This document shows, in pieces, positions 1 through 9,500 of a stretch of 64,000 nucleotides of DNA. Positions within the stretch are counted from its first letter, which is position 1. Every line of letters starts with the position of its first letter. This DNA comes from Deltaproteobacteria bacterium. GTDB taxonomy: Bacteria; Myxococcota_A; Polyangia; Polyangiales; Houyiibacteriaceae. Where the stretch lies: the NCBI GenBank assembly GCA_034670305.1, contig JAXMNT010000007.1, forward strand, positions 157,236 to 221,235, in the 5' to 3' direction. A model generated the notes under the pieces. It had not been told where the DNA came from. It worked only from the letters and a program-made list of their open reading frames with translations, and ran no database searches. Made by a program: the position numbers and the translations under genes.

Positions 1-1257
1 TCGTCTCGAGCCCTTTTCCCGTGGGAGAAGCGTGGCCAACATCCCCACCGCGATCATCGCGATGGGAAGAAGTTCCAACGCGTAGTCGACCAGGTCGTGG
101 ACAAGGAGCGCCGCAACGACGCCGGCAAGCATCTTCGACGTGCTCCTGGTTCCTCGGTCCGTCGCAGTTCGGTACAGAAGTCGACCGATCACCGCGATGG
201 CGAAGAGGGTGAACGGCACCCCCCATTCACTTCCCCACTGAACCACGATGTTCTCTGGGTAGAGGAAACGACTGGTCGTCCCCTCCAAGCTCGCGAACAC
301 GGAACCGAACGCGCCCCTCCCGACTCCGAGCACGGGAAAGCTCGCTACGAGTTCAAGTCCCCGCCCAGCGACTTCGAGTTTCGTGAAGTCAGAGTCCAGA
401 AAATCTCGCTGGAGCGCCCCCAGTCCGACGTAGGCTGCCACGGCTGCGCCGGCACCCAACATGGGAACCAGCAGTGAGCGGGTGCTCCCTCTCCGACACC
501 AGACGATCCAGGCAAACCCCAGCAGAAGCCCAAGAACGCCTCCGCGGGACACAGCGATGAGGCACACCGCCACGCACACCGCCCCGAATACCCAGCACAC
601 CCGCTTGCCAACTTCGTTCGTGCGTCGGTGCAGAGCCAGGATCACGAAGAGTTGGCCTCCCAGCGCTGCGACTCCCGACAGATGGTTGTTGTTCGTCAGA
701 GGGGTGAGGAAGTTCGGCGCACGATGTGCCGGCAGGTAGGTCCCCCACACCTGGTCGAGCGCCAGCACCTCGTGAACGGCTCCCGCAGTGACGAGGAGCC
801 CTACCGCGCTCGCACTGGTCACCACGATTGCGTACTGGCCACCGGAGGTGTTCGACACCAGACGTGCGGCGAAGTACGCACTGGCCACCCCCACTGTGAC
901 GAGGAGAGCTTCCATCGTAGCGCCAGGGTCAAGTGTGAGCGGAGCCCAGGCGCTCGTACTCCCAGCGAGCTCGAGGCTTCGCTGAGCTACGAGGCGGTTG
1001 GGTGCCAAGTACTCCAACACTGCGAGCGGCACAGGGACCAACTGAAAAGCGGTCAGCACGACTGCGCCGAGAACCAGTCCATCCAAGCGCTGGAGCCTTG
1101 GGATGGTGCGTTCGGTGAGAAGGACAGCCAGAAACCCAAAGAGGGCCGAGGCGGCGATGACGCCAACGGACCAACCCGGTTCCCCACCCATGACGAGGGG
1201 ACCCAGTGCAATCGGTGCCAGGGCGAACCAGCGCGCCTGGGTGCGCTCGATCCTCAT
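1..1257 (-). CDS. O-antigen ligase / Wzy_C-family membrane protein (3' end beyond left edge; not in supplied ORF track)
   Basis: Manual translation from ATG at 1257 (MRIERTQARWFALAPIALG...) stays open to base 1. Many hydrophobic segments plus family-like motifs NNNHLSG, SRGG, FPVLGVGRGAF, YPENIVVQWGSEWG and VHDLVDY. Confidence 0.8.
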   Translation of the reverse strand, partial: MRIERTQARWFALAPIALGPLVMGGEPGWSVGVIAASALFGFLAVLLTERTIPRLQRLDGLVLGAVVLTAFQLVPVPLAVLEYLAPNRLVAQRSLELAGSTSAWAPLTLDPGATMEALLVTVGVASAYFAARLVSNTSGGQYAIVVTSASAVGLLVTAGAVHEVLALDQVWGTYLPAHRAPNFLTPLTNNNHLSGVAALGGQLFVILALHRRTNEVGKRVCWVFGAVCVAVCLIAVSRGGVLGLLLGFAWIVWCRRGSTRSLLVPMLGAGAAVAAYVGLGALQRDFLDSDFTKLEVAGRGLELVASFPVLGVGRGAFGSVFASLEGTTSRFLYPENIVVQWGSEWGVPFTLFAIAVIGRLLYRTATDRGTRSTSKMLAGVVAALLVHDLVDYALELLPIAMIAVGMLATLLPREKGSRR

Positions 1258-1265
1258 TGGCGGAC

Positions 1266-3179
1266 CTAGGGGTGGACCGCGAGGACGGGGCTTGGAGATG
1301 ACTGCTGGACTGGGTCGGGGTCTTGGAGTCCTCCGGTGTACTCGGGGACGATTGCCCGCAACAGCTCAGCGAACCCGTTGCTCTTGCCTTCCACGCTCAT
1401 CAGCAGAAGGGATGTGACCTTGGCTTGAACTTCGGGTTCGGCCGGGGCGAGATTGCCGATGTAGATCTTGGGGTGTTTCGTTCTGGTCGCGTGTTCTGCG
1501 TCCGTCGCAAGTTCTTCGAACAGTTTCTCACCTGGGCGGCACCCTGAGAAGACGACCTCGATGTCGTCTCCCTCCCGAAGCCCCGACAACGCGATGAGGT
1601 CTCGGGCCAGGTCCACGATTCGCACAGGTTCTCCCATGTCGAGCACGAAAATCTCGCCGCCTTCACCCATCGACCCGGCCTGAAGCACCAGCTGGCACGC
1701 CTCCGGAATGGTCATGAAGTACCGACTCATCTCTGGATGGGTGACCGTTACGGGACCCCCACGCGCGATCTGCTCACGGAAGATCGGGACCACGCTCCCA
1801 TTGGAACCAAGCACGTTCCCAAACCGCACCGTCACGAACCGGGTGCTGCTCTGCCGAGCCACCGTCTGGACGTAGAGTTCCGCGATTCGTTTGGTGGCAC
1901 CCATGACAGAAGTGGGGTTCACCGCCTTGTCGGTGCTGACCATGACGAACGAGTCACAGCCAAAGCGATGGCTCATGTCCGCGACGATCTTGCTCCCGCC
2001 GACGTTGTTCTTGATGGCTTCGCCTGGGTTCCACTCCATCATCGGCACGTGCTTGTGGGCCGCCGCATGAAAGACCGCATGGGGCCGATGGCGCGCGAAG
2101 ATGCTCTCCATCCGCGCAACGTCGGTCACGTCCGCGATCAGGGGGACAACCCCTAGGTGTTGGAGTTCTCGGTGAATCTCGAAGAGGGCCCCCTCGGCCT
2201 GTTCGACCAACACCAGCTTTCGGGGGTTGAACCGTGCAATCTGCCTGCACAGTTCGCTGCCGATGCTCCCCCCCGCGCCGGTGACCAGTACGACACGATC
2301 CTCCAGAAACGACTCCAGTGCGGTGAGGTCCAAGTCAACTGGCTCACGTCCGAGGAGGTCCTCGATCGCGACGTCTCGGATTCTGGAGAGGTTGACCTGC
2401 CCGCCAACGATTTCGTAGAGACCCGGAATGATCTTCACGGGAAGCCCTGCGTCCTCGCAGACCGTGCGAATCCGACGGACGACGGATCCAGGTACGTTGG
2501 CCATCGTGATGAGCGCTTGGCGGGCGCCAAGTTCGGCTGCTAGGCGAGGCACGTCTTCGGTCACGCCGACCACGGGCACACCGTGAATCACGGTCCCCCG
2601 CTTCACCGCATCGTCGTCGACAAAGCCCACGGGTAGGACGAAGAGGTCGGGCCGCTGTCGAAGCTCCCGCGCGACCATCACCCCTGCCTGTCCCGCCCCT
2701 ATCAGCAGGGTTGCCACGGGTTCGCGGCCAGGAGGAACGACCTCCGAACGTCGATCCGACCGTTCGCCAACAAGCCGACGGGTTACGCGAACGCCAACAA
2801 TCGCTCCGAAAGAGAGGGTCAGATTGACCGCAATGACACCGTAGGGAACGACGCCGTGTCGGAGGTATGCGACTTCGTGTGCCCAGTGCCCCAGCAAAGC
2901 ACGGCTCAGTGCGAGAAGAAGAGTGCTGAAAACCATGGCGGCCAGCACCCGCCCGACTTCTCGGAGGCCGATGTACCGCCAAGAGTAGCGATGAACGCCA
3001 AAACCGACGAGCACGAAGTACTCGAGCGCGACCACATAGGGGGTCACAAGCAGCATCCGACCGAGGAGATCGGCGGGCGGCGCCCAGTCGAAACGAAACT
3101 GGAACGCCAGGACGAACGCCAGCGCCAGGCTGATCAAGTCAATCCCCAGCTGACTGATTCGTGTGAGACTCCGTTTCAT
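1266..3179 (-). CDS. Membrane-bound nucleoside-diphosphate sugar 4,6-dehydratase (PglF/CapD/EpsC-like)
   Basis: N-terminal TM helices, GAGQAG, VTGAGGSIGSELCRQ, HAAAHKHVP, STDKAVNPTSVMGATKR, RFGNVLGSNGSV and RPGEKLFEEL. Start trimmed to ATG 3179 (MKRSL). Confidence 0.95.
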   Translation of the reverse strand: MKRSLTRISQLGIDLISLALAFVLAFQFRFDWAPPADLLGRMLLVTPYVVALEYFVLVGFGVHRYSWRYIGLREVGRVLAAMVFSTLLLALSRALLGHWAHEVAYLRHGVVPYGVIAVNLTLSFGAIVGVRVTRRLVGERSDRRSEVVPPGREPVATLLIGAGQAGVMVARELRQRPDLFVLPVGFVDDDAVKRGTVIHGVPVVGVTEDVPRLAAELGARQALITMANVPGSVVRRIRTVCEDAGLPVKIIPGLYEIVGGQVNLSRIRDVAIEDLLGREPVDLDLTALESFLEDRVVLVTGAGGSIGSELCRQIARFNPRKLVLVEQAEGALFEIHRELQHLGVVPLIADVTDVARMESIFARHRPHAVFHAAAHKHVPMMEWNPGEAIKNNVGGSKIVADMSHRFGCDSFVMVSTDKAVNPTSVMGATKRIAELYVQTVARQSSTRFVTVRFGNVLGSNGSVVPIFREQIARGGPVTVTHPEMSRYFMTIPEACQLVLQAGSMGEGGEIFVLDMGEPVRIVDLARDLIALSGLREGDDIEVVFSGCRPGEKLFEELATDAEHATRTKHPKIYIGNLAPAEPEVQAKVTSLLLMSVEGKSNGFAELLRAIVPEYTGGLQDPDPVQQSSPSPVLAVHP

Positions 3180-3315
3180 TGGCTCAGCAGCACCCCCATG
3201 CGGGTAGGGTTTCCCACGAACGCAAGAAGATTCAAGGAGAGTGAGTTGAACCGCCTTTCGGGGCGGGGCAACGGGCTTGAAGCAGGGGCGGAGGCGTGAC
3301 AGACGCGGTGGAACG

Positions 3316-3924
3316 ATGGTGCGGCGCAAGAGAGCGGTGAAACGGGCGGTCGATGTGGCGGTGGGCGCTGGGGCACTCCTGGTGTTCAGCCCGCTGATGG
3401 TTGGCGTCGGCGTGGCGGTTGCGCTGACGCACGGCTGGCCCCCGCTGTTCTCCCAAGCCCGTCCCGGCCGCCATGGTCGCGTCTTTCGGATCTACAAGTT
3501 CCGTACGATGACCAACGAGCGGGGTCCTGACGGTGAACTGCTCCCCGATGCGGCACGCCTCACACGGTTCGGCCGTTTTCTCAGGTCAACCAGTCTGGAC
3601 GAGCTTCCCGAGCTCTGGAACGTCGTCCGAGGCGACATGTCGTTGGTAGGGCCCCGCCCGTTGCTTGTTTCCTACCTGCCGCTCTACACCGTGGAACAGG
3701 CGCGCCGACATGAGGTGCGACCGGGAATTACCGGCTGGGCCGCTGTCAACGGGCGAAACCTGGTTGGCTGGGAGGAGCGGTTTGCAATGGACGTCTGGTA
3801 TGTGGACAACTGGTCCCTTCGCCTCGACTTGCAGATTCTGCTGCGCACCGTTGGAGTGGCCCTTGGACGGGACGGGATCTCCAGCGAAGGCCACGTGACA
3901 ATGCGCCCGTTCGAGGGGTCATGA
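3316..3924 (+). CDS. Undecaprenyl-phosphate sugar phosphotransferase (PglC/EpsL-like)
   Basis: KRAVD, single TM, FRIYKFRTM, LRSTSLDELPELWNVVRGDMSLVGPRP and RPGITGWA. Start trimmed to ATG 3316. Confidence 0.95.
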   Translation: MVRRKRAVKRAVDVAVGAGALLVFSPLMVGVGVAVALTHGWPPLFSQARPGRHGRVFRIYKFRTMTNERGPDGELLPDAARLTRFGRFLRSTSLDELPELWNVVRGDMSLVGPRPLLVSYLPLYTVEQARRHEVRPGITGWAAVNGRNLVGWEERFAMDVWYVDNWSLRLDLQILLRTVGVALGRDGISSEGHVTMRPFEGS

Positions 3925-4559
3925 AGCGGATCGCCATCATTGGGGCGGGCGGTCAAGCGCGCGACACCGCTTGGCTGATCGAACAAATCAACGCACAGGC
4001 GGCCCAGTTCGAGTTCGTCGGGTTCCTCATCAGCGACCTGAGCGCGCTGAGCCCGGACGACAGTCCGGTCGTCGGCGACGAGAGTTGGCTTGAGGAGAAC
4101 GAGATCGACGCTCTTGCCCTTGGGATCGGGTCGCCATCCGCCCGACACTCCGTCGCAGCGCGGCTCGAAGCCAAACACCCTTCCATCGAGTGGCCACAGC
4201 TCATACACCCGTCCGCGATCGTGAGGCACCGGACCAACGAAATCGGACACGGCGTCATGATCTCGTCGTACGTTGTGGCCACGGGCGGCTGCACCATCGG
4301 CGACCACGTCGTGCTCAATCCCCATGTGACCATCGGCCATGACGCAGACATTCGCCGGGCGACTGTCCTAAACCACGCTGCCGGCGTGAGCGGCACCACT
4401 CGAATCGGAGAGCGCGTGCTCATCGGAACGGGAGCGCGCGTTCTCCAAGGACTGCAGGTGGGGCAGGGCGCGACTGTGGGCGCCGGCGCGGTCGTGACCA
4501 AAGACGTCGAACCAGACACTGTGGTCGTCGGCGTTCCGGCGAGGAGACTTGTGCGATGA
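3921..4559 (+). CDS. Sugar N/O-acetyltransferase, hexapeptide repeat (PglD/NeuD/EpsM-like)
   Basis: IIGAGGQA, LIHPSA, IGHD and VGAGAVVTKDV...VVGVPAR. ATGA overlap with the upstream gene. Confidence 0.92.
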   Translation: MKRIAIIGAGGQARDTAWLIEQINAQAAQFEFVGFLISDLSALSPDDSPVVGDESWLEENEIDALALGIGSPSARHSVAARLEAKHPSIEWPQLIHPSAIVRHRTNEIGHGVMISSYVVATGGCTIGDHVVLNPHVTIGHDADIRRATVLNHAAGVSGTTRIGERVLIGTGARVLQGLQVGQGATVGAGAVVTKDVEPDTVVVGVPARRLVR

Positions 4560-5677
4560 GGATCTACCTTTCCCCCCCTCACATGGGGGGTGAAGAGTTC
4601 GGCTTCGTGGAGGAGGCGTTCGCTTCGAACTGGCTGTCCACCGTCGGGCCCAACATCTCCGCGTTCGAGTCCGAAATGGAAGCCAGGATCGGGCGTTCCT
4701 GCGTCGCGCTTTCGTCAGGCACCGCAGCCCTCCAGCTGGGCCTTCGGTTGGCTGGTGTCTCCGCGGGTGACGAAGTGTTGTGTCCGTCTCTGACGTTCGT
4801 CGCGAGCTGCAATCCGGCCCGCTACCTCGGTGCGCGCCTGGTGTTCGTCGATTCCGAGCGCGAGAGCTGGAACCTGGATCCTGAGCTGCTCGAGGAAGCC
4901 ATCCAGGATCGGATGAGCGCAGTGGGCTTTCCTCCGAAAGCGCTGATCATCGTCCACTTGTATGGTCAGACCGCGAAAATGGTCGAAATCCGTGAGGTGT
5001 GTGAACGGTATGGCATCGAGATCGTGGAGGATGCCGCGGAAGCACTCGGAGCCACCTACAAGGATGCACCAGCAGGCGCGCTCGCCCCGTTCGGAGTCTT
5101 CTCGTTCAACGGCAACAAGATCATCACGACCACCGGCGGAGGCATGTTGCTCACGGAGGACCCTGCCGCAGCGATGAAGGCGAGATTCTGGTCGACCCAG
5201 GCCCGCGACCCCGGGGTCGCATACGAGCACTCGGAGCTCGGATACAACTTTCGACTGTCGAACGTTCTCGCCGGCATCGGACGAGGCCAACTGCGAGTGC
5301 TGGACGCCCGTGTCGCCCGGAGGCGGGAAATCGCGTTTCGGTACCGCGATGAACTGGAGCCGCTTGGAATGCGGCTGATGCCGCAAGCCGCCCACGGCGT
5401 CCACACCAACTGGCTGAGCGTGTTCCTTGTGGAGGGGAAGGAGGCCTCGGCCCGTCGCGACCTGCTGATCGAAGCGCTGGGTGCGGACGACATCGAAGCC
5501 CGCCCGGTCTGGAAGCCAATGCACCTCCAGCCTCTCTATGCGGACGCCCCGATGTATGGAGGCGCCGTCTCAGAAGACCTCTTCGCACGGGGTATCTGTC
5601 TGCCAAGCGGAACCCAGATGTCGCCGGAGGATCAGGGGCGAGTCATCTCCTGTGTACACCAAAGCGTGACTCGTTAG
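4556..5677 (+). CDS. DegT/DnrJ/EryC1/StrS PLP-dependent sugar aminotransferase (PglE/EpsN-like)
   Basis: RIYLSPPHM, SSGTAAL, EDAAEALG, SFNGNKIITTTGGG, GYNFRLSN and RPVWKPMHLQP. Confidence 0.95.
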   Translation: MRIYLSPPHMGGEEFGFVEEAFASNWLSTVGPNISAFESEMEARIGRSCVALSSGTAALQLGLRLAGVSAGDEVLCPSLTFVASCNPARYLGARLVFVDSERESWNLDPELLEEAIQDRMSAVGFPPKALIIVHLYGQTAKMVEIREVCERYGIEIVEDAAEALGATYKDAPAGALAPFGVFSFNGNKIITTTGGGMLLTEDPAAAMKARFWSTQARDPGVAYEHSELGYNFRLSNVLAGIGRGQLRVLDARVARRREIAFRYRDELEPLGMRLMPQAAHGVHTNWLSVFLVEGKEASARRDLLIEALGADDIEARPVWKPMHLQPLYADAPMYGGAVSEDLFARGICLPSGTQMSPEDQGRVISCVHQSVTR

Positions 5678-7090
5678 ATGGTCTTCAACTCTCTCGTCTT
5701 CATACCATTCATGGCATTGGTCCTGGCAGTCCGGTACGCGCCAATCGGATGGAGGTCCAAGAAGTGGTTTCTGACGGCCGCAAGCTACGCTTTTTACGCG
5801 GCATGGAACCCTCCGTTCGTTCTGTTATTGCTCGGTTCAACCGTGGTGGATTGGGTGCTTGCCCGCCGAATGCCTGCCGCCACAAGCCGGGGACGCAGGG
5901 GATTGCTCTGGCTGAGCGTGTGCACAAACCTTGGCCTCCTGTCGGTCTTCAAATACGGCGACTTTATCTGCGATATGTTCGCACAACTACTCGGCGTGGT
6001 GGGGGTCGCCTACGAGGCTCCTGAGCTCGGACTCATCCTACCCGTCGGGATCTCATTCTACACATTCCAAACCCTCTCTTGGAGCATCGACGCGTACCGA
6101 GGCAGGCTGGACGCGAGGGAAGTCTCCTTCGGAGACTTTGCACTCTACGTTGCGTTCTTTCCACAACTAGTTGCGGGTCCAATCGTGCGCGCCGTGGAAT
6201 TTCTCCCTCAGCTAACGACTCCACGCCCATATGACCGGAGAACGTTTTCATGGGGGGCAACGTTGCTGGTCATCGGATTGTTCGAGAAGATGGCAATTGC
6301 CGATGGCGTACTGTCGCGCACATCCGATAGAGCGTTTGCCGCAGCCACAGAACTCTCGACTTTGGACGCCTGGTTCGGAGCCCTCGCCTTTGGAGGCCAG
6401 ATCTACTTCGACTTCGCCGGATACTCTACCTGCGCGATTGGCGTGGCGATGATGCTGGGGTTTGCTTTGCCCGACAACTTTAGATTCCCATATGCCGCCA
6501 TTGGGTTCAGCGACTTTTGGAGGCGATGGCATATATCTCTCTCCACCTGGCTACGCGACTACCTGTACATACCTCTTGGAGGAAACCGACAAGGAGAACG
6601 ACGCCGTTCGGTAAATCTCATGATTACGATGCTGCTAGGTGGATTGTGGCACGGGGCGGGGCTGGCGTTTGTCTTATGGGGCGCGTTGCATGGCGCATTC
6701 TTGGGTATTGAGCGCGCGACTTTGCACGTTGCCCCAGAATGGATGCGAGGCCGAGTTGGAAGCGGCCTCGCACTCTTGGCCACTCAGGTGGGGGTGCTCG
6801 TCGCCTGGGTTCCGTTTCGTGCGACCAACCTACCCGATGCGCTTCACTTCCTCGCCGCAATGGGCGGAGCCGGCTCCGCGGATCGGGTCTTGTCGTCGGG
6901 CAACATCGCCCTGACTACACTCGTTTGCGGCAGCATCTATGCTGGACAGTATTGGTTGAGGTCCACCACATTGGAATCTCTGGCAGGGAGCACGCCGGGT
7001 TGGGTCTGGGGAGGTTTTCTTGGCTTGATGATGCTGGGTGTACTGACTTCTGGAGGGGAATCGCGTGCCTTCATCTACTTCCAGTTCTGA
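5678..7090 (+). CDS. MBOAT-family O-acyltransferase (AlgI/PatA/DltB-like)
   Basis: MVFNS, LPVGISFYTFQ, FFPQLVAGPI, IYFDFAGYS, DFWRRWHISLSTWLRDYLYIPLGG, GLWHG and C-terminal FIYFQF. Confidence 0.95.
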   Translation: MVFNSLVFIPFMALVLAVRYAPIGWRSKKWFLTAASYAFYAAWNPPFVLLLLGSTVVDWVLARRMPAATSRGRRGLLWLSVCTNLGLLSVFKYGDFICDMFAQLLGVVGVAYEAPELGLILPVGISFYTFQTLSWSIDAYRGRLDAREVSFGDFALYVAFFPQLVAGPIVRAVEFLPQLTTPRPYDRRTFSWGATLLVIGLFEKMAIADGVLSRTSDRAFAAATELSTLDAWFGALAFGGQIYFDFAGYSTCAIGVAMMLGFALPDNFRFPYAAIGFSDFWRRWHISLSTWLRDYLYIPLGGNRQGERRRSVNLMITMLLGGLWHGAGLAFVLWGALHGAFLGIERATLHVAPEWMRGRVGSGLALLATQVGVLVAWVPFRATNLPDALHFLAAMGGAGSADRVLSSGNIALTTLVCGSIYAGQYWLRSTTLESLAGSTPGWVWGGFLGLMMLGVLTSGGESRAFIYFQF

Positions 7091-7100
7091 CAATTCATTC

Positions 7101-8060
7101 ATGCGAGCCCCCCAGACGCCACTCGCCTGGCTCGCGGCTTCGACCGTCTTCCTGCTCTGCAGTGTCGGGCTTGAGGGGCTGTGGCGATCGCGCGGGCTTG
7201 AACCTCTCCCTACCGACGGCCCCGACAAGTGGGTCGAAAGTTACGTCGGCGCAATGGGTACGGAAGGTGCTGCAATCGTCCTTGGGTCCTCCAGGAGTGC
7301 GCTGGGGGTCGACCCGACTGTGCTTGCTGAGAGTCTCGGAGTGCCAACCTACTTGCTCGCCATCAACGGTGCGAACCCGATTCCGCTTCTAGAGCACCTG
7401 GCGAATGACACAGACTTCCGCGGCGTGGTCTTCGTGGAGTTCATGGAGCGACGGTTCTTCACCGCCGAACCCGAAGATTTCGAGACAACTCGTCGTTTCA
7501 TAGCAGCAGCCTCCGACCCGTCGCTGGTCCGTCGACAGGAGGCATCGCTCCGGGAGTTGTTCTCCCGCCACCTCGTGGTGACAGGAAACGCGGTGACCAC
7601 CGTGGCCGTCGTTCGCTCGCTCGCGTCCGAGCGCGAGTTGCCACGCCCCCCACCGCGGCACATGCGTGACGACCGTTTCATCGAAACCGATGTCTCACAG
7701 ATTGATGGAGATGCGCTTGACCGCCGGTGGGCTCGGGTTGTCGAGGAAGCCGTTCTTCTCGATGTCCCGGCCCAGCAGGAACAACTCGAGGCCATTGCGG
7801 GATGGCGTAGGACTCTGACCGCACGAGGTGCAACCGTGCTGTTCTTTCGACCACCTTCTACGGGAGTCACAGGTTCAGTCGAGGATCGACGATTCCCGCG
7901 CGGCCAGTACTACGACCGGGCCAAACGCATCATCGGAGGTCACTGGGTTCACGGGGAGGATGACCATCAACTTCGGTGCTTCGACGGCTCACACCTCGAC
8001 CCCAGAGATGTGCCCCTCTTTACCGCTCGACTCGCAGCCGCCATCGACGACCGGACTTAG
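7101..8060 (+). CDS. Membrane-anchored SGNH/DltD-like protein, probable partner of the MBOAT acyltransferase
   Basis: N-terminal TM, LGSSR and C-terminal FDGSHL (DxxH). Lies directly downstream of the MBOAT gene. Confidence 0.7.
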   Translation: MRAPQTPLAWLAASTVFLLCSVGLEGLWRSRGLEPLPTDGPDKWVESYVGAMGTEGAAIVLGSSRSALGVDPTVLAESLGVPTYLLAINGANPIPLLEHLANDTDFRGVVFVEFMERRFFTAEPEDFETTRRFIAAASDPSLVRRQEASLRELFSRHLVVTGNAVTTVAVVRSLASERELPRPPPRHMRDDRFIETDVSQIDGDALDRRWARVVEEAVLLDVPAQQEQLEAIAGWRRTLTARGATVLFFRPPSTGVTGSVEDRRFPRGQYYDRAKRIIGGHWVHGEDDHQLRCFDGSHLDPRDVPLFTARLAAAIDDRT

Positions 8061-8090
8061 TTGTGCTTGGTTACGAAAGGGAGGCCTCTA

Positions 8091-9482
8091 TTGTTCGCTA
8101 CGCTCCGACCGTCGGTAAGTGTGCTTGTGACCATCCTGCTGTTCGGCTGCGATGACGGTCACGTCGGCCTCGACGCCGCATTGGATGCCTACGAGCCGGA
8201 CATCATCTCCGACATACCGGTCGACGGTGGCGTGACCGACGCGCCACAAGATGGTGCCGTGGTGGACTGCGAGCCACTACCTCGGACTGGCACGGTGACC
8301 GTGGCGGACGGCTACCATTTGATTGAGGGGCTCTACCGATTTCGGGATTCTGGCCCCATCGATCCATGCGGGGATGCCGAACCTCTGCGGACGACCCTTC
8401 CATTCGATTTCCCCTTTTTCGGAGACATTCTCGCCGCAGGCACCTCAATGACCGCGGACCGAGGCGTCGTTGTGTTCGGGGATGGCGAAGTCACGATTCC
8501 AACAGAAAATCAGGCCCTTCCTGCGGGCCTCGGCTCAGGCGCGATCGCTGCGATGTGGGACGACTCAGCACCGCCTCTAGAAACATGTCTGCGTGCTGCT
8601 GGACCCGAAGTATTGGAGATCGAGTGGTTGGGATTCCCGGATTCGCCAATCGAAACCGTGTTGCTTCGTTTGACGCCCGATGGGGTCGTGGAGGTGAGCG
8701 TGCACATGGATGGGGTCCACGTCGCGCCCTTCTTGGCAACGATCGGACTCGAAGCGCCTGATCACGCGACTGTCGTGGATTCGTGTTCGCCGTCCTGCGA
8801 CTTCTTTCCCGGAATGACCACCCGGTTCGTCCCAAACGAAGCGCCATTGGGCCCGCTGCTCTTCCCGACCTGCATCGAGGCGCCTCAAACCGGGCGATAT
8901 CGAGACGAGCCACCGCGGTTCGTGCACTACATCAACATCGGCGATCAAACGAACCCGCCCCTTGATTTCTTGCACTCATTCGACGCAGACGATGAGTCCC
9001 TGGGCGGTGATCCCAACGACGACATCGTCCGACCAGCGGACGGGGGCGGTGACTTCGGCCACGCGGTGGGGGCGATCGGGCCTGGTGACAGCGGCGTAGG
9101 GTACTGGGTGGGAGATGGCAGCCGCGAGTACGGAGGGTTTCGACACGAAGGCGCTGTACATCTCGTCATGGGCGGGTATCCAGACTTGGTGTACACAGGA
9201 CAAGTCCAGGTCGATGCCTATCGAGAAGAGGCGTTGAGTGTGGAAGCCGTGGATATTTCCCGAACGGTCGGTGCCGCGATCGACATCACTCTCAGCGCGA
9301 CTCCCGAAGCCGATCGATGGAGTGCGAGCCTCGAGAATCCCAGCTGGATTTCACTGGGGTCGGACGGGCGGCTCCGAGGGGTTCCAACGAGCTCGGGCAC
9401 CTACCGCGCGTACGGTTTCGCGCACCGTCGTGGCCACCCGCCGGGGGAAGTAGTCGTCCGCGTCGAGGTGACCGACGAGTGA
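8091..9482 (+). CDS. Putative surface lipoprotein with nidogen-like segment and C-terminal Ig-like domain
   Basis: GGGAGG at 8079-8084 precedes an in-frame TTG at 8091. Lipobox-like LLFGC, LPFDFPFFG...IAAMWDD and PSWISLGSDGRLRGVPTSSGTY. Confidence 0.6.
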   Translation: MFATLRPSVSVLVTILLFGCDDGHVGLDAALDAYEPDIISDIPVDGGVTDAPQDGAVVDCEPLPRTGTVTVADGYHLIEGLYRFRDSGPIDPCGDAEPLRTTLPFDFPFFGDILAAGTSMTADRGVVVFGDGEVTIPTENQALPAGLGSGAIAAMWDDSAPPLETCLRAAGPEVLEIEWLGFPDSPIETVLLRLTPDGVVEVSVHMDGVHVAPFLATIGLEAPDHATVVDSCSPSCDFFPGMTTRFVPNEAPLGPLLFPTCIEAPQTGRYRDEPPRFVHYINIGDQTNPPLDFLHSFDADDESLGGDPNDDIVRPADGGGDFGHAVGAIGPGDSGVGYWVGDGSREYGGFRHEGAVHLVMGGYPDLVYTGQVQVDAYREEALSVEAVDISRTVGAAIDITLSATPEADRWSASLENPSWISLGSDGRLRGVPTSSGTYRAYGFAHRRGHPPGEVVVRVEVTDE

Positions 9483-9500
9483 ACTGCTCACTCCGACGGC

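Noticed and set aside
21-1269. Plus-strand ORFs in the first 1.3 kb
   Set aside because: They are shadows of the minus-strand O-antigen-ligase-like gene, which the track missed because it has no stop in the window.
3287-3298. GGCGGAGGCGTG as an ops/JUMPstart-like antitermination site before the sugar transferase operon
   Set aside because: It mismatches the core TA of GGCGGTAGCGTG, and such a match is likely by chance in GC-rich DNA.
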